A stretch of DNA of 64,000 nucleotides from Oceanispirochaeta sp. (GTDB lineage Bacteria; Spirochaetota; Spirochaetia; DSM-2461). A program made the position numbers and the translations under genes. The notes beneath the pieces are model-generated. The model had not been told where the DNA came from. It saw nothing but the letters and a program-made list of their open reading frames with translations, and did not search any database. Shown here piece by piece: positions 38,187 to 48,770 of the stretch (position 1 is its first letter; each line of letters opens with the position of its first letter). The DNA lies in assembly GCA_963663385.2 (NCBI GenBank), contig CAXXXD010000003.1, positions 512,001 through 576,000 of the forward strand, read 5' to 3'.

Positions 38187-39701
38187 CTATCTTATTTTAT
38201 ATCCCATTTCTTTAAGCAGGTCTTCCAGAACGGATTTTTCATCCCAGGGGCGGGCCCCGTCATCGTAGATAATGGAACTTTCATGCCCCTTGCCCAGGGC
38301 CAGAACCATATCTCCCTCCTTTGCCATGGAAAGAGCCTTCTTCATGGCTTCCCTGCGATCGGGAATGAGGAAAAGGTCTTTGTCCGGAGTCTTATGAGAA
38401 ATCCCTTCAGAAATATCCCTCAGGATATCCATGGGATCTTCCCCGCGGGGGTCCTCATCACAGAGAAAGATAATATCCGCATATTCTTCGGCTATCTCTC
38501 CCTGTTCACTCCGTTTCTCCACATCCCGTTCTCCCGCTGATCCGAAAAGAACAATCAGCCGGCCTTTTGTGTCATTTTTAATCATGGGGAAAAGTTTTTC
38601 AAAAGAACCGGGGGTATGAGCGTAATCCACCATAACATCAAAGGGCATATCCCCTTCGACCGGACTCATCCGGCCTTTGACTCCCACCAGTCTGTTCAGG
38701 TACCCGGTCATGTCCATAATATCCTCTTCCAGCAGTTCTGATACAACCAGCACCGCAGCCATGACATTCTCTACATTGAACATCCCCGGCATATTGAGCT
38801 TTACCTCTCTTTTGCCGTTGGGAACATTGAGGGTAAAAGTAATATTCTGATGATCCGAGGAGTAATCACTGCCCCAGAGGTCGGTTTCCTTATTTTTCAG
38901 GCTATAGAGGAACACCGGCTTTTCACCGATGGCATCCATATAAATTTCACTCCACTGGGTATCATCATTAATAACGCCAAAGGCGTCATCATTGGGAGAG
39001 GAGGCTACCATTTTAAACAGATTGGCCTTGTCCAGGCGGTACTGCTCGATACTGCCGTGGAATTCCAGGTGTTCATGGGTGATATTCGTCAGTACGGCGG
39101 CATCGAATTCCACATCAGCCAGACGGGAATTCTTTTCGGACAACCCGTGGGATGTCGCTTCCAGAATGGCATAATCCTTTCCGTTATCCACCATCTCTCT
39201 GAGAATCTTGTGAATAAGAGTCGCCTCCGGCGTGGACTGCCTGTAGGGATTGGGAACAATTCTGTCTCCGGACTTGTAATTGACTGTGGACAGAAATCCC
39301 GCTTTTTCCCCGGAGAACTCCAGAAGCTGATGGATAAATGAAACGGTGGAGCTTTTTCCGTCTGTTCCTGTAACTCCTACCACCTTCAGTTTTCTGGAGG
39401 GATAGTCATAATAGGCCGCCGACAGGGGCGACATGGCCTTCCGGCAGTTTTCAACCTGAACATAGGTTATGCCATCCGTATAAAATCCCAGATCCCGGGA
39501 GTGAACAATCACGCCGGCTCCCTTATGAATGGCATCGGCAATATAATCATGGCCGTCTGTATGAACCCCTTCCAGAGCGAAAAAGAGAGAACCTTCGCTG
39601 ATATTTCTGGAATCATACTCCAGAGAGCTTACCGTTTTCTCCATGTCTCCCCGGGTTTTTAGGGGTTTTATGTCCTGAATAATTTCCTGAATAGTTTTCA
39701 T
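38187..39701 (-). CDS. murE: UDP-MurNAc-tripeptide synthetase MurE
   Basis: GVTGTDGKSST, EATSHGL, TNITHEHLEFH, DYAHTP, FGSAGERD..KR, DEDPR, GKGHE. Confidence 0.96.
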   Translation of the reverse strand: MKTIQEIIQDIKPLKTRGDMEKTVSSLEYDSRNISEGSLFFALEGVHTDGHDYIADAIHKGAGVIVHSRDLGFYTDGITYVQVENCRKAMSPLSAAYYDYPSRKLKVVGVTGTDGKSSTVSFIHQLLEFSGEKAGFLSTVNYKSGDRIVPNPYRQSTPEATLIHKILREMVDNGKDYAILEATSHGLSEKNSRLADVEFDAAVLTNITHEHLEFHGSIEQYRLDKANLFKMVASSPNDDAFGVINDDTQWSEIYMDAIGEKPVFLYSLKNKETDLWGSDYSSDHQNITFTLNVPNGKREVKLNMPGMFNVENVMAAVLVVSELLEEDIMDMTGYLNRLVGVKGRMSPVEGDMPFDVMVDYAHTPGSFEKLFPMIKNDTKGRLIVLFGSAGERDVEKRSEQGEIAEEYADIIFLCDEDPRGEDPMDILRDISEGISHKTPDKDLFLIPDRREAMKKALSMAKEGDMVLALGKGHESSIIYDDGARPWDEKSVLEDLLKEMGYKIR

Positions 39702-39742
39702 TCCAATATGTTAACAGTACCATCTGGCAAATTCAAGAGAAA

Positions 39743-41299
39743 TCAGAGGGAAGCCATTATGGAGAGAGCTGCTTTAAGTCCGTCCGAAGCAGAGCTGATG
39801 ATTCCCCCTGCATAGCCGGATGCCTCGCCGCAGATAAAGAGGTTCTCCGTTCCCTCTGTCAGACCGGAATCCCTGTCCCGGACAACCTGGATGGGAGAGG
39901 AGGTTTTACTCTCCAGTCCCATCAGCTGACCAGAGTCAAATCCCGGCAGCCTGCGGCATATATCATCAAGCCCTGTTCTCAGGGATTCAGCCACGGCTTC
40001 GGGAACCAGTTTCCCAAGATCCCGGGGAATTAAACCGGGCTGGTAGGAGCTCTCTTTCAGAGGGATCTCCTGTTTTTTCCCGAGAAAATCCCTGATCGCC
40101 ATAGCCGGGGCTTTATATCCGGAAGCTGTTTCAAAAAAACTGTTTTCCAGGTTTTTCAGCCAGTTCAGACTTTCCACAGCATTGAACTTTCTGCCTGTCA
40201 GCTTCTCAAGGGATATTCCCGCCACCAGGGCGGCATTGGCAAAGCGGCCGTCCCGTTTATAAAAGCTCATCCCGTTTACAATATTCTGATCCTTATATGC
40301 AGCGGCCGGAACAACTTTACCTCCGGGACACATACAGAAGGTATAGACAGGCAGAGGAGCCTGGCCGGATGTCAGCCTGTATTCCGCCGCCTTGACCCCG
40401 GGTAGGGCGGAGCATCCCCACTGTATCTTATTAATAAGCTCCTGCGGGTGTTCCATTCTGAAACCGAGGGCAAAGTTCTTGGCACGGAAGTCTATGTCCT
40501 TTCGAATCAGCATCCTGTAGCTGTCAAAGGAGGAATGTCCTGTCGCCAGTAGGGCAAAATCGCAGCTGTAGCTATTCCCTCCAGAGGTAACGGAACAGAC
40601 TTTTCTGTTCCTGATATCCAGGTCTGTCACCGTACAGCCGAAGTGAATTTCTCCTCCCGCTTCCTGAAAGGTTTTCCGCATATTGGCTGCAATGCGGATC
40701 AGGTTGTCGCTGCCGATATGGGGATGGGTCAGGTAAAGTATCTCTTCCGGGGCGCCCTGACGAACAAACTCTTCCAGAATATACTGTTTTTCCCTTTTTA
40801 TATGTTTGCTCCGGGAAGTGAGTTTCCCGTCGGAAAAAGTTCCGGCTCCTCCTTCCCCGAAGCTGTAATTACTGTCGGGTGTAAATATCCCCTTTTCCTC
40901 CAGTTTCTGAATATCCTTTTTCCTCTGTTCCACAGGCTGTCCCCGTTCCAGCAGGGTAACCTGAATACCCGACTGCTGCAGAAAAAGGGCTGCAAAAATC
41001 CCGGCGGGTCCCGTTCCCGCAATGACAGCTCTCTTTCCTGTCTGCACTTTTCGGGGATAAAGGGGCGTAACGGGACGGCTCCCAGTATTAACGGAGGGCA
41101 TATTTAGCAGGGGGGAGCTGACCAGAACACGGATCTGCCAGTGAATCCTGTCTTTTCGTCTTGAATCCAGGCTTTTTCTTATGATCTTATAGGAAAAATC
41201 CTGTATCCGGATCTGCTTCCGGATGGCAAGATTCAGATCTCCCTCGCTGTAGCCGCAGGGGAGTTTTATATCGATCTCGTTTTGTCCTGTTTTTTTCAT
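39743..41299 (-). CDS. FAD-dependent oxidoreductase (COG2509-like)
   Basis: GTGPAG, FGEGGAGTFSDGKL, HIGSD, YTFCMCPGG, GYAGGIISSA. Confidence 0.9.
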   Translation of the reverse strand: MKKTGQNEIDIKLPCGYSEGDLNLAIRKQIRIQDFSYKIIRKSLDSRRKDRIHWQIRVLVSSPLLNMPSVNTGSRPVTPLYPRKVQTGKRAVIAGTGPAGIFAALFLQQSGIQVTLLERGQPVEQRKKDIQKLEEKGIFTPDSNYSFGEGGAGTFSDGKLTSRSKHIKREKQYILEEFVRQGAPEEILYLTHPHIGSDNLIRIAANMRKTFQEAGGEIHFGCTVTDLDIRNRKVCSVTSGGNSYSCDFALLATGHSSFDSYRMLIRKDIDFRAKNFALGFRMEHPQELINKIQWGCSALPGVKAAEYRLTSGQAPLPVYTFCMCPGGKVVPAAAYKDQNIVNGMSFYKRDGRFANAALVAGISLEKLTGRKFNAVESLNWLKNLENSFFETASGYKAPAMAIRDFLGKKQEIPLKESSYQPGLIPRDLGKLVPEAVAESLRTGLDDICRRLPGFDSGQLMGLESKTSSPIQVVRDRDSGLTEGTENLFICGEASGYAGGIISSASDGLKAALSIMASL

Positions 41300-42189
41300 C
41301 TTTTATTTTCCTTAATAAAACGGCCGACCTCCTCCAGATCCGGAAGAGCGGCATGTCCTTTTCCTGTGCATTTTACTGCTGCCGCTGCCATAGCCGTATC
41401 AAGGGCTTCCGGAAGGGACTGCTTCAGATAAAGAGCCGCGGCCAAAGCTCCATGAAAGGTGTCCCCGGCACCGGTCGTATCTACGGCTTTAACAGAAAAG
41501 GCCGGTTTGTTTACGGGGCCGTCTGCATTGTAAAGCCAGAGACCTTCCGGTCCGTGTGTTACAATTATGTTTCCCCCGTAAGATTTATATAGTGCGGCAG
41601 CCTGTTTTTCCGGTTGGGCCAGAGTGGTGATCTTTCTGCCCAGATCACAGGATATGGCACAGTAGTCAGCCAGAGAAATCAATTTGTCCCTGAAGGGGTG
41701 GCAGTTGTTGGGACTGACATCCAGTACAATCGGTATATTACGCGAAGCTGCTTCCTCTGCCCATTCCACAGAGTTTTCTATCCAGCTCCCGTCCAGGAGA
41801 AGCAGGGAAATCCCATTCAGCCGGGGCCGGAGTTCCTTCCGGTACCCCATACCACGGATCCCTCTTTTATGAAAAATGGTTCGCCTGCCGTCCGGGGTTG
41901 TCATAATCTGACTGACAGGGGTTTCTCCTTCGGGAAAACGGAGGGACTGGCCGGTTGCCACGCCCTTTTCCCTCATGTACTTTTCCAGTAAATCTCCCTC
42001 TTCATCCTTTCCGAGGGCACCGTAGTAAGAGGAGGGCGCCCCTAGACGGGAGGAGGCGATAAGAGCATTCAGGGTCATTCCTCCGGGGACAGTCAAACTG
42101 CTTTTTATATAGCTCGTCTCTTCCTGTTCCGGCCAGTGGCTAATATAGTGTATCCTGTCAAGGGAGCTTCCGCCGAATCCGCCTATCAT
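41296..42189 (-). CDS. PfkB-family carbohydrate kinase
   Basis: PGG..NA..SRLG and VDTTGAGDTFHGA. Confidence 0.92.
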   Translation of the reverse strand: MIGGFGGSSLDRIHYISHWPEQEETSYIKSSLTVPGGMTLNALIASSRLGAPSSYYGALGKDEEGDLLEKYMREKGVATGQSLRFPEGETPVSQIMTTPDGRRTIFHKRGIRGMGYRKELRPRLNGISLLLLDGSWIENSVEWAEEAASRNIPIVLDVSPNNCHPFRDKLISLADYCAISCDLGRKITTLAQPEKQAAALYKSYGGNIIVTHGPEGLWLYNADGPVNKPAFSVKAVDTTGAGDTFHGALAAALYLKQSLPEALDTAMAAAAVKCTGKGHAALPDLEEVGRFIKENKR

Positions 42190-42372
42190 ACTTCCTCCTC
42201 AAACCTCTCATTTTGGGGAATTCACTACCTGTGTCAATGAATTATAGGGAAAATAAATGTTTTTGTATTTCAGATTTAACTTGACAGAACTGAAAACCTT
42301 GTTTATCTATTTTACATTCAACACTTTTTAAAATGAAGAAATTACGCTATTTCAGCCATTCTGGAGGCATAT

Positions 42373-44733
42373 GTGGCAGCTAAAAAGAAATTACTCATTG
42401 TGGAAAGTCCTGCAAAAGCCAAGACTATCAAAAAAATTCTGGGTAAGGATTTTACTGTAAAAGCCTCTGTGGGTCATATCAGGGATCTTAACAGCAAGGG
42501 GCGTGGTAAAAAAGCCCTCGGTATAGATACGGATAACGGGTATAAGCCCGATTATATTGTTATTAAAGGCAAGGAAAAGACCGTTAAGGAACTGCAGGAT
42601 GCGGCAGCCAAAGCTGATGAAGTCTACCTGGCTCCCGACCCGGACCGGGAAGGAGAAGCAATAGCCTGGCACCTGAAGGAAGTTATCGGTTTAACCGATG
42701 AAGAAGCCCATCGTGTCACTTATTCAGCCATTACAAAAAAAGCCGTACAGCAGGCTCTTGAACACCCCCGTAAAATTGATATGGACAGGGTGAATGCCCA
42801 GCAGGGCCGTCGTATTCTGGACAGGCTTGTAGGTTTCAGTCTCTCTCCCTTCCTCTGGAAAAAGGTAGCCAAGAATCTCAGCGCCGGACGGGTTCAGTCT
42901 GTTGCCGTTCGTATTGTTGTAGACAGGGAGCGGGAAATCAAGGCTTTTGTACCGGAAGAGTTCTGGAGAATTAAAGCCCTGGTTTCTCCGGAAAAAAAGG
43001 AAAAGGATAAATTTGATGCCCTGCTGGTTCGCTGGCAGGGAAAAAAATTCGAACTGGGAAACCCTGTCGCCCAGACAGAGGCTTCCGCCAGAGATGTGGC
43101 GGAACATATACAGAACAGCCCCCTCAGGGTTTTGAAAATAGAAACAAGGGAAGCAAAGGGAAAGACAAGTCCTCCTTTTATTACCTCGACCCTGCAGCAG
43201 GCGGCCAGTACTGCCCTAAACTTTGGTACAAGCAAAACCATGAGCGTGGCCCAGAAACTGTACGAAGGTATGGAGATTGACGGTGTTTCCCAGGGGTTGA
43301 TTACCTATATGAGAACCGACTCTACCAGGATTGCTCCGGAAGCGATGGATGAGGTTAGAACATATATCAGTGACAATTTCGATCCCGAATACCTTCCGGA
43401 AAAACCCCAGATTTACAGTACCAGCAAGAATGCCCAGGATGCCCATGAAGCGATCAGACCCTCTTCTGTTGAACTGACACCTGAAAAAGTTAAGCCCTTT
43501 CTGACCAGGGAACAGTATCGTCTTTATGAGCTGATCTGGCGCCGTTTTGTGGCTTCCCAGATGCCTCCGGCCCTGTATGATGTCACAACACTGACGATAG
43601 AGGCCGGAGAGGGCGAGCTGGAAGCCAAAGGACGTATCACCCGTTTCAAGGGGTATACCATACTGATTCCCGAAGAACAGAAGGGGAAAAAGGATGATGG
43701 TAAATATCAGGACCTGCCGGATATGCAGAAAGCGGATCCCCTGGATCTGCTGAATCTGGATACCACCCGGAATTTTACAAAACCACCGGCCCGGTTTTCC
43801 GAGGCGTCCCTTGTAAAAGCTCTTGAAAAAGAGGGAATCGGCCGTCCTTCTACCTATGCCCCTATCATTAAAACAATCAGTGACAGAGGATATGTGCGCC
43901 TGGAAAACCGCTATTTCCATGCCTCCGAACTGGGAATGGCTGTAAACGATATCCTGGTTCAGAATTTTGAAAATATTATGGATTTGAAGTTCACCGCCGG
44001 GATGGAGAGCGATCTGGACCAGGTGGAAAATGGCCAAACCGACTGGGTGAAACTGGTCGATGATTTCTACCAGCCCTTTCTGGAACGTCTGGATAAGGCC
44101 GGAAAGGAAGCCGAGGCCCTGAAGGGCCGTCCCTGGGAAGGCGAGGAAAAGTGCCCCCTCTGCGGCAGCGGCCTGGTCGTCAGGTATTCGGTTAACGGCG
44201 CTTTTCTGGGATGTGAAAAATACCCCGAATGTAAAGGTCTGATCCCCATGCCCGGAGAGAAAGGGGAGGAGGCTGAACCGGAGGCGGATGTAGACTGTCC
44301 GGAATGCGGCAGCCCCATGATAATGAAAACCTCAAGGTACGGGAAAAAATTCCTGGCCTGTTCCAAATATCCCGAGTGCAAGACAACTCTGTCTGTGGAT
44401 AAAGAGGGGAAACCGGTAGAACTGCCCAAGGTTGAAATGAATTGTGATGTCTGCGGTAAGCCTATGGAAGTTAAAATGGGCCGGAGAGGTCCCTTCCTTG
44501 CCTGTACGGGATACCCCGACTGCAAAAATACCATGCCCCTGGATAAAGAGGGGAAACCGGTTATTCTGCCTAAGGTGGAAGGTGAGGTCTGTGAAAAATG
44601 CGGTAAACCCATGGATGTAAAAATGGGGCGCCGCGGTCCTTTCCTGGCTTGTACGGGATTTCCAAAATGCCGCAATGCCAAACCTCTTCCCGGAGAGGAA
44701 GATAAAAAGGCAAAAAAAGAAGAAAAAGAATAA
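42373..44733 (+). CDS. topA: DNA topoisomerase I with four C-terminal zinc ribbons
   Basis: IVESPAKAKTI, DPDREGEAIAWH, SAGRVQS, ITYMRTDS, GIGRPSTY; TTGACA at 42281 upstream. Confidence 0.98.
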   Translation: MAAKKKLLIVESPAKAKTIKKILGKDFTVKASVGHIRDLNSKGRGKKALGIDTDNGYKPDYIVIKGKEKTVKELQDAAAKADEVYLAPDPDREGEAIAWHLKEVIGLTDEEAHRVTYSAITKKAVQQALEHPRKIDMDRVNAQQGRRILDRLVGFSLSPFLWKKVAKNLSAGRVQSVAVRIVVDREREIKAFVPEEFWRIKALVSPEKKEKDKFDALLVRWQGKKFELGNPVAQTEASARDVAEHIQNSPLRVLKIETREAKGKTSPPFITSTLQQAASTALNFGTSKTMSVAQKLYEGMEIDGVSQGLITYMRTDSTRIAPEAMDEVRTYISDNFDPEYLPEKPQIYSTSKNAQDAHEAIRPSSVELTPEKVKPFLTREQYRLYELIWRRFVASQMPPALYDVTTLTIEAGEGELEAKGRITRFKGYTILIPEEQKGKKDDGKYQDLPDMQKADPLDLLNLDTTRNFTKPPARFSEASLVKALEKEGIGRPSTYAPIIKTISDRGYVRLENRYFHASELGMAVNDILVQNFENIMDLKFTAGMESDLDQVENGQTDWVKLVDDFYQPFLERLDKAGKEAEALKGRPWEGEEKCPLCGSGLVVRYSVNGAFLGCEKYPECKGLIPMPGEKGEEAEPEADVDCPECGSPMIMKTSRYGKKFLACSKYPECKTTLSVDKEGKPVELPKVEMNCDVCGKPMEVKMGRRGPFLACTGYPDCKNTMPLDKEGKPVILPKVEGEVCEKCGKPMDVKMGRRGPFLACTGFPKCRNAKPLPGEEDKKAKKEEKE

Positions 44734-44903
44734 ACCGGGACTTTTTGTTCCAGCGTTGTTCATGTCGATTTTGCTTTACTTAATGCGAATCAATTCTTAC
44801 TTTTTATATATTGCCAGGCCGATCCATTGGATCGGCCTGGTCTTAATTCCCCGGAGAATAAACTCCGCGGGACAGGACCCTGATACGGGTATGAGGTGAA
44901 TAG

Positions 44904-47117
44904 ATGGAAAATAATCCTGAAGATAAAAAAATGAACAGTAAAGGCCAGGATAATAATGACGATTGGCGAAAGCGCTTTAAGGATGAATTGAATCCGGAAA
45001 AAATGGAGCAGCGGGTAAAGAAATTCCGTAACGGCAAGTACCGTTTCTCCTTCTGGTATTTTATTCTGGTTATCCTTGTATTAACCGTATTGAATTTTCT
45101 CTTTATGCGGACTCCCGATGAAGTTATCGAATACAGCGTCTTTAAGGAGAAGGTCGTTCAGGGAGAGATAAAACGGGTTAAACTCACCAATTCGTTCTAT
45201 TACGGCATGACCTATACTTCCGATCAATACACGACTCAAGTGGTTAATTCCCTGACGGACCGTTTAACCGGAAATGACAGTTCCCTGTCCGGAGCCGGGA
45301 TTGTCTACAAAACAGTCCCTATCAATGATGCAGCATTCGTTCCCCTGATGGAGAGTCAGGGGGTCGAGTATTATGCGGAACAGGAAAAAAGAAATTACTT
45401 CCTTGAAATCCTGGTAAGCTGGATTGTACCTCTTCTCTTCCTCTTTTTTATCTGGAGGATGATATTCAAGAGAATGGGAAATATGGGCGGTTCAAATGTC
45501 ATGAGCTTTGGCCAGAACAATTCCAAGATTGTAGCGGAAAATGATCTTAACACACGTTTTAAGGACGTTGCAGGATGCGAAGAGTCCAAGGACGAACTTG
45601 TTGAGGTTGTGGACTTTCTTAAAACTCCCGATAAATATACTTCCATTGGAGGTAAGATTCCAAAAGGGGTGCTCCTGGTAGGCCCTCCTGGAACAGGTAA
45701 AACCCTTATGGCCAGGGCCGTAGCCGGTGAAGCAGGTGTCACTTTCTTCCGCATGAGCGGTGCGGACTTTGTGGAAATGTTTGTGGGTGTCGGTGCCGCC
45801 CGTGTAAGGGATCTGTTTAAACAGGCGCGGGAAAAAGCGCCCTGTATCATCTTTATCGATGAGCTGGACGCCATCGGGAAAAGCCGTGCCGGGGCCATTT
45901 CCACCAATGATGAACGTGAGCAGACACTGAACCAGCTTCTGGTTGAGATGGACGGTTTTGATTCCACGTCTGGTGTTATTATTCTGGCCGCCACCAACAG
46001 ACCGGAAGTACTGGATCCGGCTCTTCTAAGACCGGGGCGATTCGACAGGCAGGTGCTGGTGGATAAACCTGACCTTCTGGGACGGGAAGCCATCCTGAAG
46101 ATTCATTCCAGTGATGTAAAACTGGGAGACTCTGTTAATCTGAAAGACATTGCCAAAGCAACCCCCGGTTTTGTTGGAGCCGATCTGGCAAACATTGTCA
46201 ATGAAGCGGCATTACTGGCTGTCCGAGGCGGAAGGGGTGCTGTTGAAACAAAGGATCTGGAAGAAGCCATAGAAAAAACAATAGCCGGACTGGAAAAAAA
46301 GAACAGATTGATTAATCCCCGGGAAAGGGAAATCGTAGCCTATCACGAGACAGGACATGCTCTGGTAGCGGCTTTTACTCCCGATTCGGACCCGGTACAG
46401 AAAATTTCCATTGTGCCCCGCGGGATGGGCGCTCTGGGGTATACCCTGCAGACTCCAACGGAGGATCGTTTCCTTATGACCCAGGAGGAGCTTATCGGAC
46501 GAATAGACATCCTTCTGGGAGGACGTGCGGCCGAAGAGATTGTATTTGGAAAACTTTCGACAGGTGCTTCCAACGATATAATGAAATCAACGGATATCGC
46601 CCGGAATATGATAACCGAATATGGAATGTCCGAGCGCTTTCGTAATGTGACCCTGACCAAGAGGAACGGTGGCTATCTGGAAGGCGGCGGGGCTCACAAG
46701 GAGTATTCCGAGTCTACTCAGCAGTATATTGATGAAGAAATCTCTCGTTTGATGGAGGAACGTTATACTGCCGTACTGAAGCTTCTGAACAGGCACCGGG
46801 ATCTTCTGGAAAGCATTACGGATCATCTGATGGATGTGGAAGTTGTCTCTTCCGAAGAGTTTCTTGAGTTGATCGGGAAAGATGAGAAGGGCGCTACGGA
46901 GCTGGAATCCCGTAAAGAGCGGGACATGAAAGTTTCTGAAAGGGCGGAGGAGAAAGGCCGCAAGCGGAATGACGCCATCATCGCCCGTAATAAAGCCCGA
47001 GAACTGGCGGAGAAAAACGAACCTCCCCAGGTTAATACGGAGCATAAAAAGGAGACCCCTTTTACAAGGGAGGTTCCTCTGGCCATGCAGGAGGATGAGG
47101 TTAACAAAGAGTCCTGA
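44904..47117 (+). CDS. ftsH: ATP-dependent zinc metalloprotease FtsH
   Basis: 2 [30 protein letters not shown]. Confidence 0.98.
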   Translation: MENNPEDKKMNSKGQDNNDDWRKRFKDELNPEKMEQRVKKFRNGKYRFSFWYFILVILVLTVLNFLFMRTPDEVIEYSVFKEKVVQGEIKRVKLTNSFYYGMTYTSDQYTTQVVNSLTDRLTGNDSSLSGAGIVYKTVPINDAAFVPLMESQGVEYYAEQEKRNYFLEILVSWIVPLLFLFFIWRMIFKRMGNMGGSNVMSFGQNNSKIVAENDLNTRFKDVAGCEESKDELVEVVDFLKTPDKYTSIGGKIPKGVLLVGPPGTGKTLMARAVAGEAGVTFFRMSGADFVEMFVGVGAARVRDLFKQAREKAPCIIFIDELDAIGKSRAGAISTNDEREQTLNQLLVEMDGFDSTSGVIILAATNRPEVLDPALLRPGRFDRQVLVDKPDLLGREAILKIHSSDVKLGDSVNLKDIAKATPGFVGADLANIVNEAALLAVRGGRGAVETKDLEEAIEKTIAGLEKKNRLINPREREIVAYHETGHALVAAFTPDSDPVQKISIVPRGMGALGYTLQTPTEDRFLMTQEELIGRIDILLGGRAAEEIVFGKLSTGASNDIMKSTDIARNMITEYGMSERFRNVTLTKRNGGYLEGGGAHKEYSESTQQYIDEEISRLMEERYTAVLKLLNRHRDLLESITDHLMDVEVVSSEEFLELIGKDEKGATELESRKERDMKVSERAEEKGRKRNDAIIARNKARELAEKNEPPQVNTEHKKETPFTREVPLAMQEDEVNKES

Positions 47118-47139
47118 TTTTTGTATCTGATCTATTTCG

Positions 47140-47170
47140 AGCCCGGAAAACTGTTTTCCGGGCTTTTTTT
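47140..47170 (+). terminator. Intrinsic terminator of ftsH
   Basis: AGCCCGGAAAA-CTG-TTTTCCGGGCT followed by a T-run. Confidence 0.9.
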
Positions 47171-47228
47171 AATCAAATTTTGTTGTTTTGTATGTATATA
47201 TCACGTTACTATAAATTCGGAGGCCTGC

Positions 47229-48656
47229 ATGAACTTTCACTGGACTTTATTTGTTGATCTTGGAATTATCTCTCTGGGGTTGCTTCTGGGAACGATGATC
47301 CGTTCCAAAGTACGTTTTTTTCAGAAGTATCTTATACCGAATTCCCTGACTGCAGGTTTTATGCTGCTTATCTTCTATAACTGGATAGCTCCCGGACTGG
47401 GGATCAATACGGTATCTCTTGAAAATATTGTCTATCATTTTTTGAATTTGTCTTTTATTGCCATGATCCTCCGCATAGGCAGTAAGGTTCATTCCGATAA
47501 AAAAGCTGTAATTTCCATGGCAACAACACTTATCGCCCAGTACGGGCTTCAGTGTTTTCTGGGAACAGCCCTGACCCTGTTTCTGATTAAAACGTTTTTT
47601 CCGGATCTGTTTCCCGGATTCGGTTTGTTTTCAACCCTTGGTTTTTCTCTGGGGCCGGGACAGGCATTTGCCATCGGTACGGGATGGGAGGCCATGGGCT
47701 TTGAGGGGCTGAGCTCTGTCGGTTTGACTTTCGGAGCCATAGGGTTTCTGCTGGCTTGCTTCGGCGGTATATTCCTTATCAATTTCGGGTTGAGAAAAAA
47801 ATGGATATATCCGGAGCAGTTGACCGGGCTCAAGTCCCGCACCATTATGAAAGGAGTTGTAAAAAGAGGGGATGAGATACCGGAAGGAATGGTTCAGGAT
47901 AAAACCTCCTCCGAAGCGATCGATCCTTTTTCTTTCAATGCCGCTCTGGTACTCGGCACTTATCTGCTCTCCTTTCTGGTTATGAAACTTTTGAATCTCC
48001 TTCTGGCGCTGGCCGGCCCCATGGGACAGGAACTGGCGGTTAACCTGTGGGGCATTATGTTTATTTTCTGCGCCCTGACAGCCATGGTTGTTAAAAAAAT
48101 TATGATGATTCTGAGGGTTGAGTTTATTGTGGACGATCAGAGGCTGACGCGCATCGCCGGTTTTTCCGTTGATTTTATGGTGGCATCCGCTGTGGGTGCT
48201 ATTTCCATCGCTGTATTAAAAAGCTACTGGATCCCCATCCTTGTTGTCGCAGGTGTGGTAGGGGTGGTTACCATCATTACCCATATCTGGCTCTCATCCA
48301 GGATTTTTGATGATCACTCCTTTTACAGAGCCATACTGGTATACGGTTGTGTCACAGGAACTCTGCCTACCGGGCTGGCTCTGCTCAGGATTATCGATCC
48401 GCAATTTGAAACACCTGCTTCCAAAGATTATATGTATGCTTCGGGCATTGTCTTTTTGTTTGTTATCCCCATACTGATAACGGCCAATATGCCGGCCTAC
48501 GGGGCTCTGAAAGGATCATTGACAGAAACCTATATAGTGCTGGGGCTGTATGCTTTTTATGTGGTCCTCTGTTTTGCCGCTTACCTGTGGCTTTCCGGTC
48601 AAAACCGTTTCAACCGTCCGGCCGATCTGTGGCTTCATCAGAAGGATTTGAAGTAG
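47229..48656 (+). CDS. Sodium:glutamate symporter family (GltS-like) transporter
   Basis: FQKYLIPNSLTAG, GFSLGPGQA, GCVTGT..TGLALLRIIDP; many TMs; GGAGG RBS before ATG 47229. Confidence 0.82.
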   Translation: MNFHWTLFVDLGIISLGLLLGTMIRSKVRFFQKYLIPNSLTAGFMLLIFYNWIAPGLGINTVSLENIVYHFLNLSFIAMILRIGSKVHSDKKAVISMATTLIAQYGLQCFLGTALTLFLIKTFFPDLFPGFGLFSTLGFSLGPGQAFAIGTGWEAMGFEGLSSVGLTFGAIGFLLACFGGIFLINFGLRKKWIYPEQLTGLKSRTIMKGVVKRGDEIPEGMVQDKTSSEAIDPFSFNAALVLGTYLLSFLVMKLLNLLLALAGPMGQELAVNLWGIMFIFCALTAMVVKKIMMILRVEFIVDDQRLTRIAGFSVDFMVASAVGAISIAVLKSYWIPILVVAGVVGVVTIITHIWLSSRIFDDHSFYRAILVYGCVTGTLPTGLALLRIIDPQFETPASKDYMYASGIVFLFVIPILITANMPAYGALKGSLTETYIVLGLYAFYVVLCFAAYLWLSGQNRFNRPADLWLHQKDLK

Positions 48657-48710
48657 AGTCCTTATTTCAGGCTTGTATAAAACGGCAATAATCCGCTTTG
48701 TTTATAATCT

Positions 48711-48745
48711 AAAAAAAGCTGCTGCAATTATCCTTTTGCAGCAGC
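48711..48745 (-). terminator. Intrinsic terminator of hflKC
   Basis: GCTGCTGCAA-8 nt-TTGCAGCAGC followed by T7 on the minus strand. Confidence 0.85.
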
Positions 48746-48770
48746 CCCTATAACAGTAATAAGCTAAATA

